Source of the DNA: an uncultured Candidatus Saccharibacteria bacterium
Lineage (GTDB): Bacteria > Patescibacteriota > Minisyncoccia > Phycocordibacterales > WO2-35-19
Direction of reading: 5' to 3'
Assembly (NCBI GenBank): GCA_964589445.1
Contig: CAZPQX010000001.1
Coordinates: 110,098 to 174,097 of the forward strand
Length of the DNA stretch: 64,000 bases
The stretch's first letter is position 1. The number at the start of each line of letters is the position of its first letter. The translations under genes were made by a program, and so were the position numbers. The notes beneath the pieces were generated by a model. It saw nothing but the letters and a program-made list of their open reading frames with translations. It made no database searches and was not told the origin of the DNA. Below are positions 20,152 to 28,500 of the stretch, piece by piece.

Positions 20152-20709
20152 TTATTTTATCTTAGAAAGAGCCTTTATTGTTGCTCTAGCTATATTTAGC
20201 TTATTTTTTGACCTTGAAAGTATCTTTGAGGAAACCTCCTTTATACCAGCGAGCTCGAGCACTGTCCTCACTGAGCTTCCTGCTATCACTCCCTTTCCAG
20301 GAGCTGGCATGATAGTGACAAGAGCACTTGAGTATTTAGCATCAACTTCGTGAGCAATTGAACCCTTTTTATTTATAAGGACTTTTACCATGTTCTTCTT
20401 TGCTGATCTCAAAGCTTTTTCCACAGCTACTGGAGTGTCTGTAGCCTTGCCGATACCCACACCTACTCTACCCTTTCTGTCTCCCGCAACTACAGCGATA
20501 CTAAAAGCAAATCTTCTACCACCTGAAGTAACTCTTGTAACCCTTCTTACACTTATCACTTTATTATCAAATTCAGACCTTGGCTTTTCCGCACGTCTAA
20601 AAGGCTTGCGTTCGTTTTTGCGCCTGTCTCTTCCTCCATCTCTATCTGCTACAGGAGCTGCTGGAATATTTGTTGTTTCTTTTTCTGTTTTTACTTGATT
20701 TTCATCCAT
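20152..20709 (-). CDS. rpsE: 30S ribosomal protein S5
   Basis: RRVTRVTSGGRRFAF, GRVGVGIGKA. Confidence 0.96.
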   Translation of the reverse strand: MDENQVKTEKETTNIPAAPVADRDGGRDRRKNERKPFRRAEKPRSEFDNKVISVRRVTRVTSGGRRFAFSIAVVAGDRKGRVGVGIGKATDTPVAVEKALRSAKKNMVKVLINKKGSIAHEVDAKYSSALVTIMPAPGKGVIAGSSVRTVLELAGIKEVSSKILSRSKNKLNIARATIKALSKIK

Positions 20710-20719
20710 ATTTTTTCAA

Positions 20720-21067
20720 TTAAAACTCGAGACCACCCTCTCTCGCCCCTTCTGCAAGAGCAGCGACAGAACCAGTATAAATATAACCTCCTCTATCAAA
20801 AACTACTTTGCTTATACCTTTTTCCTTTGCCTTTTTAGCAAGACTTGCACCAGTAGCCTTAGATCTAAGGACAGCAGTCTTTTCTTTTACTGACATACTT
20901 GTTTCAGAAGCAAGAGTCACACCCTTGGTGTCGTCTATGATTTGAGCACTTATGTACCTATTTGATTTAAAAACACTGAGTCTAGGCCTCTCTGTTGTGC
21001 CAAAAACCTTAGCCCTGATGCGCTTTTGTCTTCTTTCTCTTTTTTGTTTTTTATTTTTAGTATCCAT
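20720..21067 (-). CDS. rplR: 50S ribosomal protein L18
   Basis: [25 protein letters not shown]. Confidence 0.96.
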   Translation of the reverse strand: MDTKNKKQKRERRQKRIRAKVFGTTERPRLSVFKSNRYISAQIIDDTKGVTLASETSMSVKEKTAVLRSKATGASLAKKAKEKGISKVVFDRGGYIYTGSVAALAEGAREGGLEF

Positions 21068-21087
21068 TTTGTTTTCTAAATTTTAGA

Positions 21088-21621
21088 TTAGACGTTTTTC
21101 TTACCCTGCTTCCTTCTTATGATTTCACCTTCGTATCTAAAACCCTTTCCCTTGTAAGGTTCTGGCTTTTTAAGGCTTCTTACTTTTGCTGCGAAGCTTC
21201 CTACAAGCTCCTTATCGCTTCCTGATACTGTAACCACATTTTTATCAGCTGTAACTGTAAGTTCTTTAGGTATTTCTACATTTACTGGGTGAGAAAAACC
21301 AAGGTTTAGTACTAGATTTGTGCCGTTAACTTGAGATTTGTAACCCACACCTTCAAGTATAAGTTTCTTTTGGAAACCTTCACTTACACCCTTTATCATG
21401 TTTTTTATGTGAGAAGCGTAAGTACCCCAAAGAGCCATCAAGTTGTTACTGTTTCTGATCGGAGTAAGCATTACCTGCTTACCATCTACTTTTATTTCTA
21501 TATCAGAAGTAAACTTCCTCTCAAGAGAACCCTTGGGACCTTTAGCAGTGAAAACACCCGAGTTGAATGATACTTCAACATTGTTTCCTGCCACTATTTC
21601 TTTTTTACCTATTCTGCTCAT
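21088..21621 (-). CDS. rplF: 50S ribosomal protein L6
   Basis: MSRIGK, LGFSHP, PEPYKGKG. Confidence 0.97.
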   Translation of the reverse strand: MSRIGKKEIVAGNNVEVSFNSGVFTAKGPKGSLERKFTSDIEIKVDGKQVMLTPIRNSNNLMALWGTYASHIKNMIKGVSEGFQKKLILEGVGYKSQVNGTNLVLNLGFSHPVNVEIPKELTVTADKNVVTVSGSDKELVGSFAAKVRSLKKPEPYKGKGFRYEGEIIRRKQGKKNV

Positions 21622-21627
21622 TTTTGT

Positions 21628-22020
21628 TTACCAAAGTTTAAAAAGTACTTCACCTCCAAGGTTTTGCTCTTTAGCATCACTGTCAGCAAGGATACCTTTT
21701 GGAGTAGAAAAAACTGAAATACCGAAGCCTCTCTTAAATTTCTTTATATCTTTAGCCTTCTCGTAAATTCTTCTTCCTGGCTTTGAAATTCTCTGCACAT
21801 CTCTTACTTTTGGAGTACCGTCTTCTCTGTATAAAAGAGTTACTGTCATTACATTTTTACCATCTTTAGCTTTACTTGAAACTTCGCCTAGAAAGCCTTT
21901 TTTAGACAAAAGCTCAGCTATCGCAAGCTTCATTTTTGAAGATGGCAAAGAAACGGTCTCCTTACTGACCATTCCTGCGTTCTTTATTCTTATTATGAAA
22001 TCTCCTATTGGGTCTGTCAT
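21628..22020 (-). CDS. rpsH: 30S ribosomal protein S8
   Basis: MTDPIGD..IRIKNA, RISKPGRRIY, GGEVL; start set at MTDP. Confidence 0.96.
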   Translation of the reverse strand: MTDPIGDFIIRIKNAGMVSKETVSLPSSKMKLAIAELLSKKGFLGEVSSKAKDGKNVMTVTLLYREDGTPKVRDVQRISKPGRRIYEKAKDIKKFKRGFGISVFSTPKGILADSDAKEQNLGGEVLFKLW

Positions 22021-22030
22021 GTTTTTTCTA

Positions 22031-22108
22031 GGCAGTATCTTGCTCGTCAGTAGGCTACTATCCTTCGCGTTGCTCAGGATCTCGCTTCCTTCGGAAGCTC
22101 GACTTACC
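22031..22108 (-). repeat. REP-like multi-hairpin in the rpsN-rpsH spacer
   Basis: gcttcc-GAA-ggaagc and atcct-GA-gc-aac-gc-GA-aggat hairpins on the minus strand. Confidence 0.6.
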
Positions 22109-22289
22109 AAGATGATTTTTTAATTCCCGGAATTTTCCCCTCGTTTGCAAGCTCTCTGAAACAGATTCTGCAAAGACCGAAATCTCCCATATAGCCTCTT
22201 CCGCGACCACACTTAAAACATCGGTTAACTGCCCTACTTGGAAACTTAGGTTTCTTTAGCGCTCTCGCTTTAACTGATGCTTTTGCCAT
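22104..22289 (-). CDS. rpsN: 30S ribosomal protein S14, zinc-binding type
   Basis: 61 aa; CFKC...CRIC; PGIKKSSW. Confidence 0.95.
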   Translation of the reverse strand: MAKASVKARALKKPKFPSRAVNRCFKCGRGRGYMGDFGLCRICFRELANEGKIPGIKKSSW

Positions 22290-22350
22290 ACGGGTCAAAG
22301 GTTAACAAATATCCCAAAAATAGTCAAATACGGACTTCCCACTTTGTTAA

Positions 22351-22451
22351 AATTCGGCTAGATATTTTCTGAGGAAAGCCTTGAACCAAAGAAGTAGCGG
22401 GTACCACTCCCGGGTTAGGGGTGCTTTTCGAAGAATATATCTAGCCGGATT
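22351..22451 (+). repeat. Long nested palindrome (type C) between uvrB and rpsN
   Basis: aattcggctagatat/atatctagccggatt outer IR; ttct-GA...GA-agaa internal loop; inner stems. Confidence 0.75.
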
Positions 22452-22457
22452 AAAAAA

Positions 22458-24581
22458 CTACTTTGTGAGCATTTTTTCGAGTTCCTTGATCTCGTCGCGG
22501 AGGATAGAAGCCGTCTCAAAGTCGAGGATTTTGACTGAGGCATTCATTTGTTTCTCTTTAGTTTTTATGAGCTTCTGTATACTCTTGGCACTTGCGTTTT
22601 TGGTGTCTATCGCCAAAAGCTGCCCTACTGCCTGCCTGTGCTCCTTCTGAAGCTGGTCAGTGATGTCTTTGATCTCTTTCTTGATAGTCATCGGTGTGAT
22701 GCCGTGCTCTGTGTTGTAAGCCACTTGGAGGGCTCGCCTCCTGTTTGTCTCATTTATAGCACGCTCCATAGAGCCAGTGAGGTTATCTGCATAAAGCACC
22801 ACCTTACCTTCTACATTCCTAGCCGCCCTACCTATAATTTGGATGAGCGAAGTCTCGCTACGAAGGAAACCTTCTTTGTCAGCATCGAGGATACCGATAA
22901 ACTCAACCTCAGGAAGATCGAGCCCTTCTCTCAATAGGTTGACCCCCACGAGCACATCAAACTCACCTCTCCTAAACTTTGTAAGTATCTCGATCCTCTC
23001 TATCGTCTTGATATCACTGTGCAAATATTCTGCTTTTATTTTTCTTTCTTTCAAAAACTCTGACAAATCTTCTGCCATTTTTTTGGTCAAGGTAGTAGCG
23101 ATGGCTCTGTTGCCTTTTTTGATTGCTTTCTCAGCTTCGTTTATAAAATCAAATATTTGTCCCGGATACGCAGAAATCTTTTCGAGAGCAACTTTCGGAC
23201 CGCGACCGGCGGGAGAAGGAGGGGATTTTTCAGCAGAAAAATACCCCGGTTGATCGAGAGAAGATTTCTGGGTATCCGACTTCTTTGCAATAATCGGTCT
23301 GATGAAAATCTCTGGATCGATAAGACCAGTAGGCCTGATCACTTGCTCAACGATATTTTGCGAATGCTCAGCTTCATATTTACCAGGAGTAGCAGAAGTA
23401 TAAATAGTTTGACCCACTCTTTTTTCAAACTCATCAGCCTTGAGTGGCCTGTTGTCCTTGGCACTTGGAAGCCTGAAACCGTGCTCTACGAGAGTTTGCT
23501 TCCTCGCTTGGTCACCATTGAACATGGCACCAATCTGAGGCACAGCTACATGCGACTCATCTATGATAGTCAAAAAGTCCGGGGTACCATCTGCCTTGTG
23601 TGGAAAATAAGAAAGGAGAGTATGGGGTGCTTCGCCTTCTTTCCTTCCGTCAAAATGCCTGGAGTAATTTTCAATACCACTGCAATACCCCACCTCCTTT
23701 ATCATCGAAAGATCATAAGTAGTCCTCCTCTTTATCCTCTCTGCTTCAAGTATCTTACCTTCCTTTTCAAACTTCTTTAATTGTTTAGCGAGCTCTTCTT
23801 TTATGTCTTTGATTGCCCTCTTAGTTTCAGCTTCTGGAGTGATGAAATGCTTGGCAGGAAAGAGAAAGAAAGCCTGTTTTTCTTCTACCACCTGCATAGT
23901 GATAGCATCTATAATTTCTATCTTGGCTATCTCATCACCAACTATTTCAAGTCTGAATATTTTTTTCTCTGACACAGGCATGATCTCAACTACATTTCCA
24001 GTTGAGCGGAAAACTCCAGGCGAAAGGTCTGCATTTGTCCTTTCATAATGGATAGCCACGAGCTTCAAAAAGAAATCTTTCCTATCGAACTTGTCCCCCT
24101 TTTTTATTTTTAGATTTACTTTTTGATATTCCACCGGAGAGCCTAGACCATATATACAAGAAACAGAGGCTACAATAATCACATCTTTCCTTGTAAGCAA
24201 AGCTTCGGTCGATGCATGGCGGAGCCTTTCTATCTCTTCGTTTATCATCGCCTCCTTCTCAATATATGTATCAGTCACGGGCATATAAGCTTCTGGCTGA
24301 TAGAAGTCGTAGTAAGAAACAAAATAATGAACAGCATTTTCAGGGAAAAATTCACGATACTCCTGTGCGAGCTGAGCGGCTAGAGTTTTGTTGTGAGCAA
24401 TCACAAGAGTCGGCTTTTGGAATTGTTGTATCACATTTGCAGCAGTAAAAGTCTTACCGCTCCCAGTCACACCTAGGAGTGTTTGTTTGTCTAAACCTTT
24501 TTTTAAGCCTTCAACAAGACCTTTTATAGCTTTAGGCTGATCTCCTGCTGGCTCGAATTTTGAATGTATTTTAAATTCCAT
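22458..24581 (-). CDS. uvrB: Excinuclease ABC subunit B with ~40-aa in-frame insertion
   Basis: GVTGSGKT, YYDFYQPEAY, DESH, NLLREGLDLPEV, C-terminal UVR motif. Confidence 0.97.
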   Translation of the reverse strand: MEFKIHSKFEPAGDQPKAIKGLVEGLKKGLDKQTLLGVTGSGKTFTAANVIQQFQKPTLVIAHNKTLAAQLAQEYREFFPENAVHYFVSYYDFYQPEAYMPVTDTYIEKEAMINEEIERLRHASTEALLTRKDVIIVASVSCIYGLGSPVEYQKVNLKIKKGDKFDRKDFFLKLVAIHYERTNADLSPGVFRSTGNVVEIMPVSEKKIFRLEIVGDEIAKIEIIDAITMQVVEEKQAFFLFPAKHFITPEAETKRAIKDIKEELAKQLKKFEKEGKILEAERIKRRTTYDLSMIKEVGYCSGIENYSRHFDGRKEGEAPHTLLSYFPHKADGTPDFLTIIDESHVAVPQIGAMFNGDQARKQTLVEHGFRLPSAKDNRPLKADEFEKRVGQTIYTSATPGKYEAEHSQNIVEQVIRPTGLIDPEIFIRPIIAKKSDTQKSSLDQPGYFSAEKSPPSPAGRGPKVALEKISAYPGQIFDFINEAEKAIKKGNRAIATTLTKKMAEDLSEFLKERKIKAEYLHSDIKTIERIEILTKFRRGEFDVLVGVNLLREGLDLPEVEFIGILDADKEGFLRSETSLIQIIGRAARNVEGKVVLYADNLTGSMERAINETNRRRALQVAYNTEHGITPMTIKKEIKDITDQLQKEHRQAVGQLLAIDTKNASAKSIQKLIKTKEKQMNASVKILDFETASILRDEIKELEKMLTK
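23163..23278 (+). repeat. Type B hairpin element in frame within uvrB
   Basis: Outer IR cggatac-g-cagaaatctt; ccgc-GACCG-gcgg; ggggatttttc-AGCA-gaaaaatacccc. Confidence 0.88.
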
Positions 24582-25905
24582 AATAATTTTTCAAAAACTC
24601 CTGCTTATACTCCACGAAATTATCTTCGATAATAGACTCCCTTATTTTGTCTGTCATATTAACAACAAAATGTAAATTGTGAATAGTGGCGAGTGTAGCC
24701 GCCAGCATTTCCTTCGCCCTAAAAAGATGAGCGAGTATACTTCTATTATAATGAGTACAAGTATAACATTTGCACGAGTCATCTACTGGCCTCAGGTCAC
24801 TTCTAAAACTACTATTTAAAATTGAAATCCTGCCATGGATGGTGTGTAGGGTGCCATTGCGCGCCATCCTTGTCGGAGCCACACAGTCAAAAGTGTCACA
24901 ACCATTTTCAACCCCAAGGAAAATATCGATAGGCTCACCCACCCCCAAAAGGTGCCGCGGCTTTTCTTCGGGCAAAATTTCATTTACCCACCTCACAGCA
25001 GTACTCATGTCTTCTTTTATAAAAGTGCCTCCGATGCCGAAGCCGTCAAAATCGAGAGCAGCGATTTGTTTTGCACTCATCTTGCGAAGTTCTTCGTGCC
25101 TGCCACCTTGGACGATACCAAAAAGTTGTTGCCCTCTGGGACTTTCATTCTGCTCAGCAGGAGAAAAAATGTTCTTGAGAGCAACTTTCGGACCGTGAAT
25201 GACGGGAGAAGGAGGATATTTTTCAGCAGAAAAATAATCCGGTTGCTCGAGAGAATATTTTTTCTCCTGATGATTTTTCTGTAATATTTTATGCTCAACC
25301 AAACACCTCTTGGCCCAACGCTCGGTGCGCTCGATAGTTGATTTTATTTTTTCAAAAGAAGCGTGAGGAGAAGTGAATTCGTCGAGTGCAAAGATGATAT
25401 CCGCACCTATCTTACTCTGTATTTGCATCGAGTCTTCAGGCGACATAAACCTAGGGCTACCGTCTATTACAGATTTGAAGTGAACACCATCTTCAGTGAC
25501 TTTGGCCATTGAGCCCTCTTTTTCCTCTTCAATACTTTCTACCACCTCTCTTTCTGGGGAATCAGCCGAGACAAACTTACCTATACCACTACCACTCGCG
25601 ACACCAAGCGAAAAAGCCTGGAAGCCACCAGAGTCTGTCATAGTAGGAAGTTGCCAATTCATCATGCCGTGCAGACCTCCATTTTTTTCCACCAAATCTT
25701 CGCCTGGCTGCAAATGCAAGTGATATGTGTTGGCGAGCACTACCTGAGCGCCCAAATCTCTGACTTGCTCTGAAGTTACAGCTTTAACTGTGGCCTTTGT
25801 ACCTACAGGCACAAAGGCGGGGGTCTTGATACGCCCATGTACTGTCGATATCAAACCCGCCCGCCCTAGTGAACCTTTTAGTCTTTTTTCTATTTTAAAA
25901 CCCAT
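24571..25905 (-). CDS. tgt: tRNA-guanine transglycosylase with ~45-aa in-frame insertion
   Basis: TDSGGFQ, GIVQGG, RHLLGVG, FDCVAPTR, CKCYTC...H zinc site. Confidence 0.96.
   Translation of the reverse strand: MGFKIEKRLKGSLGRAGLISTVHGRIKTPAFVPVGTKATVKAVTSEQVRDLGAQVVLANTYHLHLQPGEDLVEKNGGLHGMMNWQLPTMTDSGGFQAFSLGVASGSGIGKFVSADSPEREVVESIEEEKEGSMAKVTEDGVHFKSVIDGSPRFMSPEDSMQIQSKIGADIIFALDEFTSPHASFEKIKSTIERTERWAKRCLVEHKILQKNHQEKKYSLEQPDYFSAEKYPPSPVIHGPKVALKNIFSPAEQNESPRGQQLFGIVQGGRHEELRKMSAKQIAALDFDGFGIGGTFIKEDMSTAVRWVNEILPEEKPRHLLGVGEPIDIFLGVENGCDTFDCVAPTRMARNGTLHTIHGRISILNSSFRSDLRPVDDSCKCYTCTHYNRSILAHLFRAKEMLAATLATIHNLHFVVNMTDKIRESIIEDNFVEYKQEFLKNYYGI
25158..25269 (+). repeat. Type B hairpin element in frame within tgt
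   Basis: Outer IR caggagaaaaaatgttct; ccgt-GAATG-acgg; ggatatttttc-AGCA-gaaaaataatcc. Confidence 0.88.
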
Positions 25906-26409
25906 TTATTGTACGATCTGTGCAGGAGCAGCTTCAGTAGATACAAGCTCTACAGTAAAGACAAGAGTTGAATTTGGAGGTATTGGACCTACTTGTGCGG
26001 AGCCGTATCCGAGCTCAGGAGGTATTGTCATTGTCCTTGTACCACCAACTTTCATACCAGCAAATCCCTGCTCCCAACCTTTTATGACTTCACCAGCTCC
26101 AAGCACAAATTGGAAAGGCTGACCAAAGTCTTTTGAATTTTGAAGTACTGTGCCATCAGAGAGAGACAATATATAGTGCACAGTCACAAGATCGCCTTGT
26201 TTGACTTCTGCTCCATTGCCTGGAGTTAGGTCATTTATAACAACACCTGTCCCTGTATTTGTATCGGCGTTTATAGCGGCCGCTGCGTTTTCATCCATTT
26301 GATTTTTATTAGTAAATAAAGCAGTAATGCTTGAACCAAAAAGAGTGTACCCCGTGAAAGCTATTGCCGCAAACACAGCTACCCATTCGGCTTTAGATAA
26401 TTTTCTCAT
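25906..26409 (-). CDS. FKBP-type peptidyl-prolyl isomerase, membrane-anchored
   Basis: VTVHY, VIKGWEQG, IPPELGYG, IPPNSTLVF. Confidence 0.93.
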   Translation of the reverse strand: MRKLSKAEWVAVFAAIAFTGYTLFGSSITALFTNKNQMDENAAAAINADTNTGTGVVINDLTPGNGAEVKQGDLVTVHYILSLSDGTVLQNSKDFGQPFQFVLGAGEVIKGWEQGFAGMKVGGTRTMTIPPELGYGSAQVGPIPPNSTLVFTVELVSTEAAPAQIVQ

Positions 26410-26506
26410 TTAAAAATGGTTAAAATTTTAAATTTTTACTTTTAATTTAACTTCACCCCATATTAACATATTGCCTTAATTATTTAAAACCAATAAAATT
26501 AGCAAT

Positions 26507-27574
26507 ATGAAAGAACAAAATGCCAGTATCACGCTAAGTGAAATATCCGAGTCAGCAGAAAGAAGGGTCGCCCTCATATCGCAAGAATTTAAAGCTGGAT
26601 TTGAGTTCGTAAAAAACTACCCCAAGTCCGTCACCTTTTTTGGTTCAGCGAGGACCAAGACGGGAGATGAATATTATGAAAAGGCACGTGACCTCGCCAA
26701 GATGATAGTCGAAAAGCTCCACTACTCTGTAGTCACAGGTGGAGGCCCAGGCATAATGGAAGCAGCCAACAGAGGTGCCTATGAAGCAGGTGGCAACTCC
26801 ATCGGCCTCACCATAGAGCTACCACACGAACAAGTGACCAACCCCTACATCACAAGCCAGATGGGCTTTCATTATTTTTTTAGCCGAAAGGTCTGTCTTT
26901 CTTTTTCTGCTGAAGCTTACATATTTTTCCCTGGAGGCTTCGGCACACTCGACGAGTTCCTTGAGATTATGACCCTAGTACAAACCAAAAAAATACCCGC
27001 CGCACCAATCATACTTTTTGGTGAAAAATACTGGCAACCTCTTGATAAGTTTTTTAAAGGCTTCCTCAGAGACAAAGGTATGATAGACGAGCTCGATACT
27101 TCCCTTTACCTCATATCGGACGATGAGGCAGAAATATTGAAACTTATCGAAAAGGCACCAGTAAGATTTGGCATAAAATACAACGACTCTTCCGAAAAAT
27201 ATCTAGAACAAAATGGTAAAAATGCGACAGGCCCCCTAAGTCAACTTTCAGAAAAGCACTGCGTACCTTGCGAAGGTGGCATGCCTCCCCTTTCAAAAAC
27301 AGAGTCCGAGGTACTACTCAAAGAAGTAGATGAGTGGACCTTGATGGGAGAAAAAGAAATTCTAAAAACTTACAAATTCGAAGATTTCAAAGAAGCCATG
27401 CAGTTTGTAGTAAATGTAGGCAAAATAGCAGAAAAAGAAGGACACCACCCAGATATAAAAATATTTGATTACAAAAAAGTCGAGATACGCATCTCGACTC
27501 ATGCTATCGACGGCCTCTCCGAAAACGACTTTATCCTTGCATCAAAAATCGACGAGCTTCTGAGAGATAAGTAA
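26507..27574 (+). CDS. LOG-family (TIGR00730-type) protein fused to a pterin-4a-carbinolamine dehydratase domain
   Basis: FGSAR, TGGGPGIM, PGGFGTLDE; C-terminal CVPCEG, AEKEGHHPD, THAIDGLSENDFILA. Confidence 0.88.
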   Translation: MKEQNASITLSEISESAERRVALISQEFKAGFEFVKNYPKSVTFFGSARTKTGDEYYEKARDLAKMIVEKLHYSVVTGGGPGIMEAANRGAYEAGGNSIGLTIELPHEQVTNPYITSQMGFHYFFSRKVCLSFSAEAYIFFPGGFGTLDEFLEIMTLVQTKKIPAAPIILFGEKYWQPLDKFFKGFLRDKGMIDELDTSLYLISDDEAEILKLIEKAPVRFGIKYNDSSEKYLEQNGKNATGPLSQLSEKHCVPCEGGMPPLSKTESEVLLKEVDEWTLMGEKEILKTYKFEDFKEAMQFVVNVGKIAEKEGHHPDIKIFDYKKVEIRISTHAIDGLSENDFILASKIDELLRDK

Positions 27575-27651
27575 ACAAAAAGACCGAGCACTCGCGCGTT
27601 CGGCCTCCGAAAATACCCGACTGAAAGAACTGAGTCTGCATCCACCACCGC

Positions 27652-28125
27652 CTACCCTCCCTTCGAAACCATAAATTTTGCGACAGCTTTTTCAACCAGA
27701 CCCCTGCTGCCGAATTTGAAAGTATGGACATCCCCTGCTGCCATAACAGGATTACTCTCCGGCTCAGGGATAAGTACGAAGGAGTTAGCGGAAACAACCT
27801 CAACACTCCAAACCACCGAAAGAGTCTTTGTGTGCAAAACCTGGACAACAGATAGGTTTTTCCGCCCAACCTCCTCTGTTTTATAAATCACATGGAAAAA
27901 CTCTCCCATACCCCATTCTCTTAGAGCTTCTTCATAAAAACCAACTAAGGCTCTAATAGAGAGATAAATCTCAAGTGCTGGTTGCATAGCAGTCTTTATC
28001 TGCTTAGTATTGTCAGGTTTGTTGCGAAACTTGGACCAAAGGGCCAAAAGATCCCTATCTGCCCAACCCCTGTCATTCATGAGGGCTTTTAATACCCCCC
28101 AGGCAGTAACCAAAAGAGACAGCAT
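27652..28125 (-). CDS. Hypothetical protein (orphan)
   Basis: 157-aa ORF with GGAGG SD upstream. Confidence 0.6.
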   Translation of the reverse strand: MLSLLVTAWGVLKALMNDRGWADRDLLALWSKFRNKPDNTKQIKTAMQPALEIYLSIRALVGFYEEALREWGMGEFFHVIYKTEEVGRKNLSVVQVLHTKTLSVVWSVEVVSANSFVLIPEPESNPVMAAGDVHTFKFGSRGLVEKAVAKFMVSKGG

Positions 28126-28244
28126 GTGAGCAAACCTCCAGAAATACTATTAAACACTTCATCAAATAAAGCAATAGTGCTGGCGCCCTGCCTATCCACA
28201 GCCTCACTTGCAAAAATACTTAAATATGCTATAATGTAGTAAGA

Positions 28245-28451
28245 ATGACCGACAAAAATCGGTACCCTAAGGTGGATCAGGCTCTTGCTGAGCTTAACCA
28301 CACCGAGCTGTCACGGCTCGGTAAAAAGGGGGCGGCATCAAGAAAAAGAAGGAAAAAGAAAGTTAACCCCTTCAGAATAAAATTCCTGCTTCGTGGAGCA
28401 GCAGAAGCTGAGCGCGAAGCAAACCTCGATGTTTGCCCCATCCCCGACTGA
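28245..28451 (+). CDS. Small basic hypothetical protein (KGG-like motif)
   Basis: TTGCAA...TATAAT upstream; LSRLGKKGAAS; hairpin gagccgc...gcggctc downstream. Confidence 0.55.
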   Translation: MTDKNRYPKVDQALAELNHTELSRLGKKGAASRKRRKKKVNPFRIKFLLRGAAEAEREANLDVCPIPD

Positions 28452-28500
28452 GATTAGAGCCGCCCCCGAGCGGCTCATTTCTTCGCCCAAAAATTCTAAA

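Noticed and set aside
22021-22110. 30-aa N-terminal extension of S8 (TTG start in the ORF track)
   Set aside because: The canonical MTDP start is at 22020; the extension is a hairpin-rich spacer that happens to be open.
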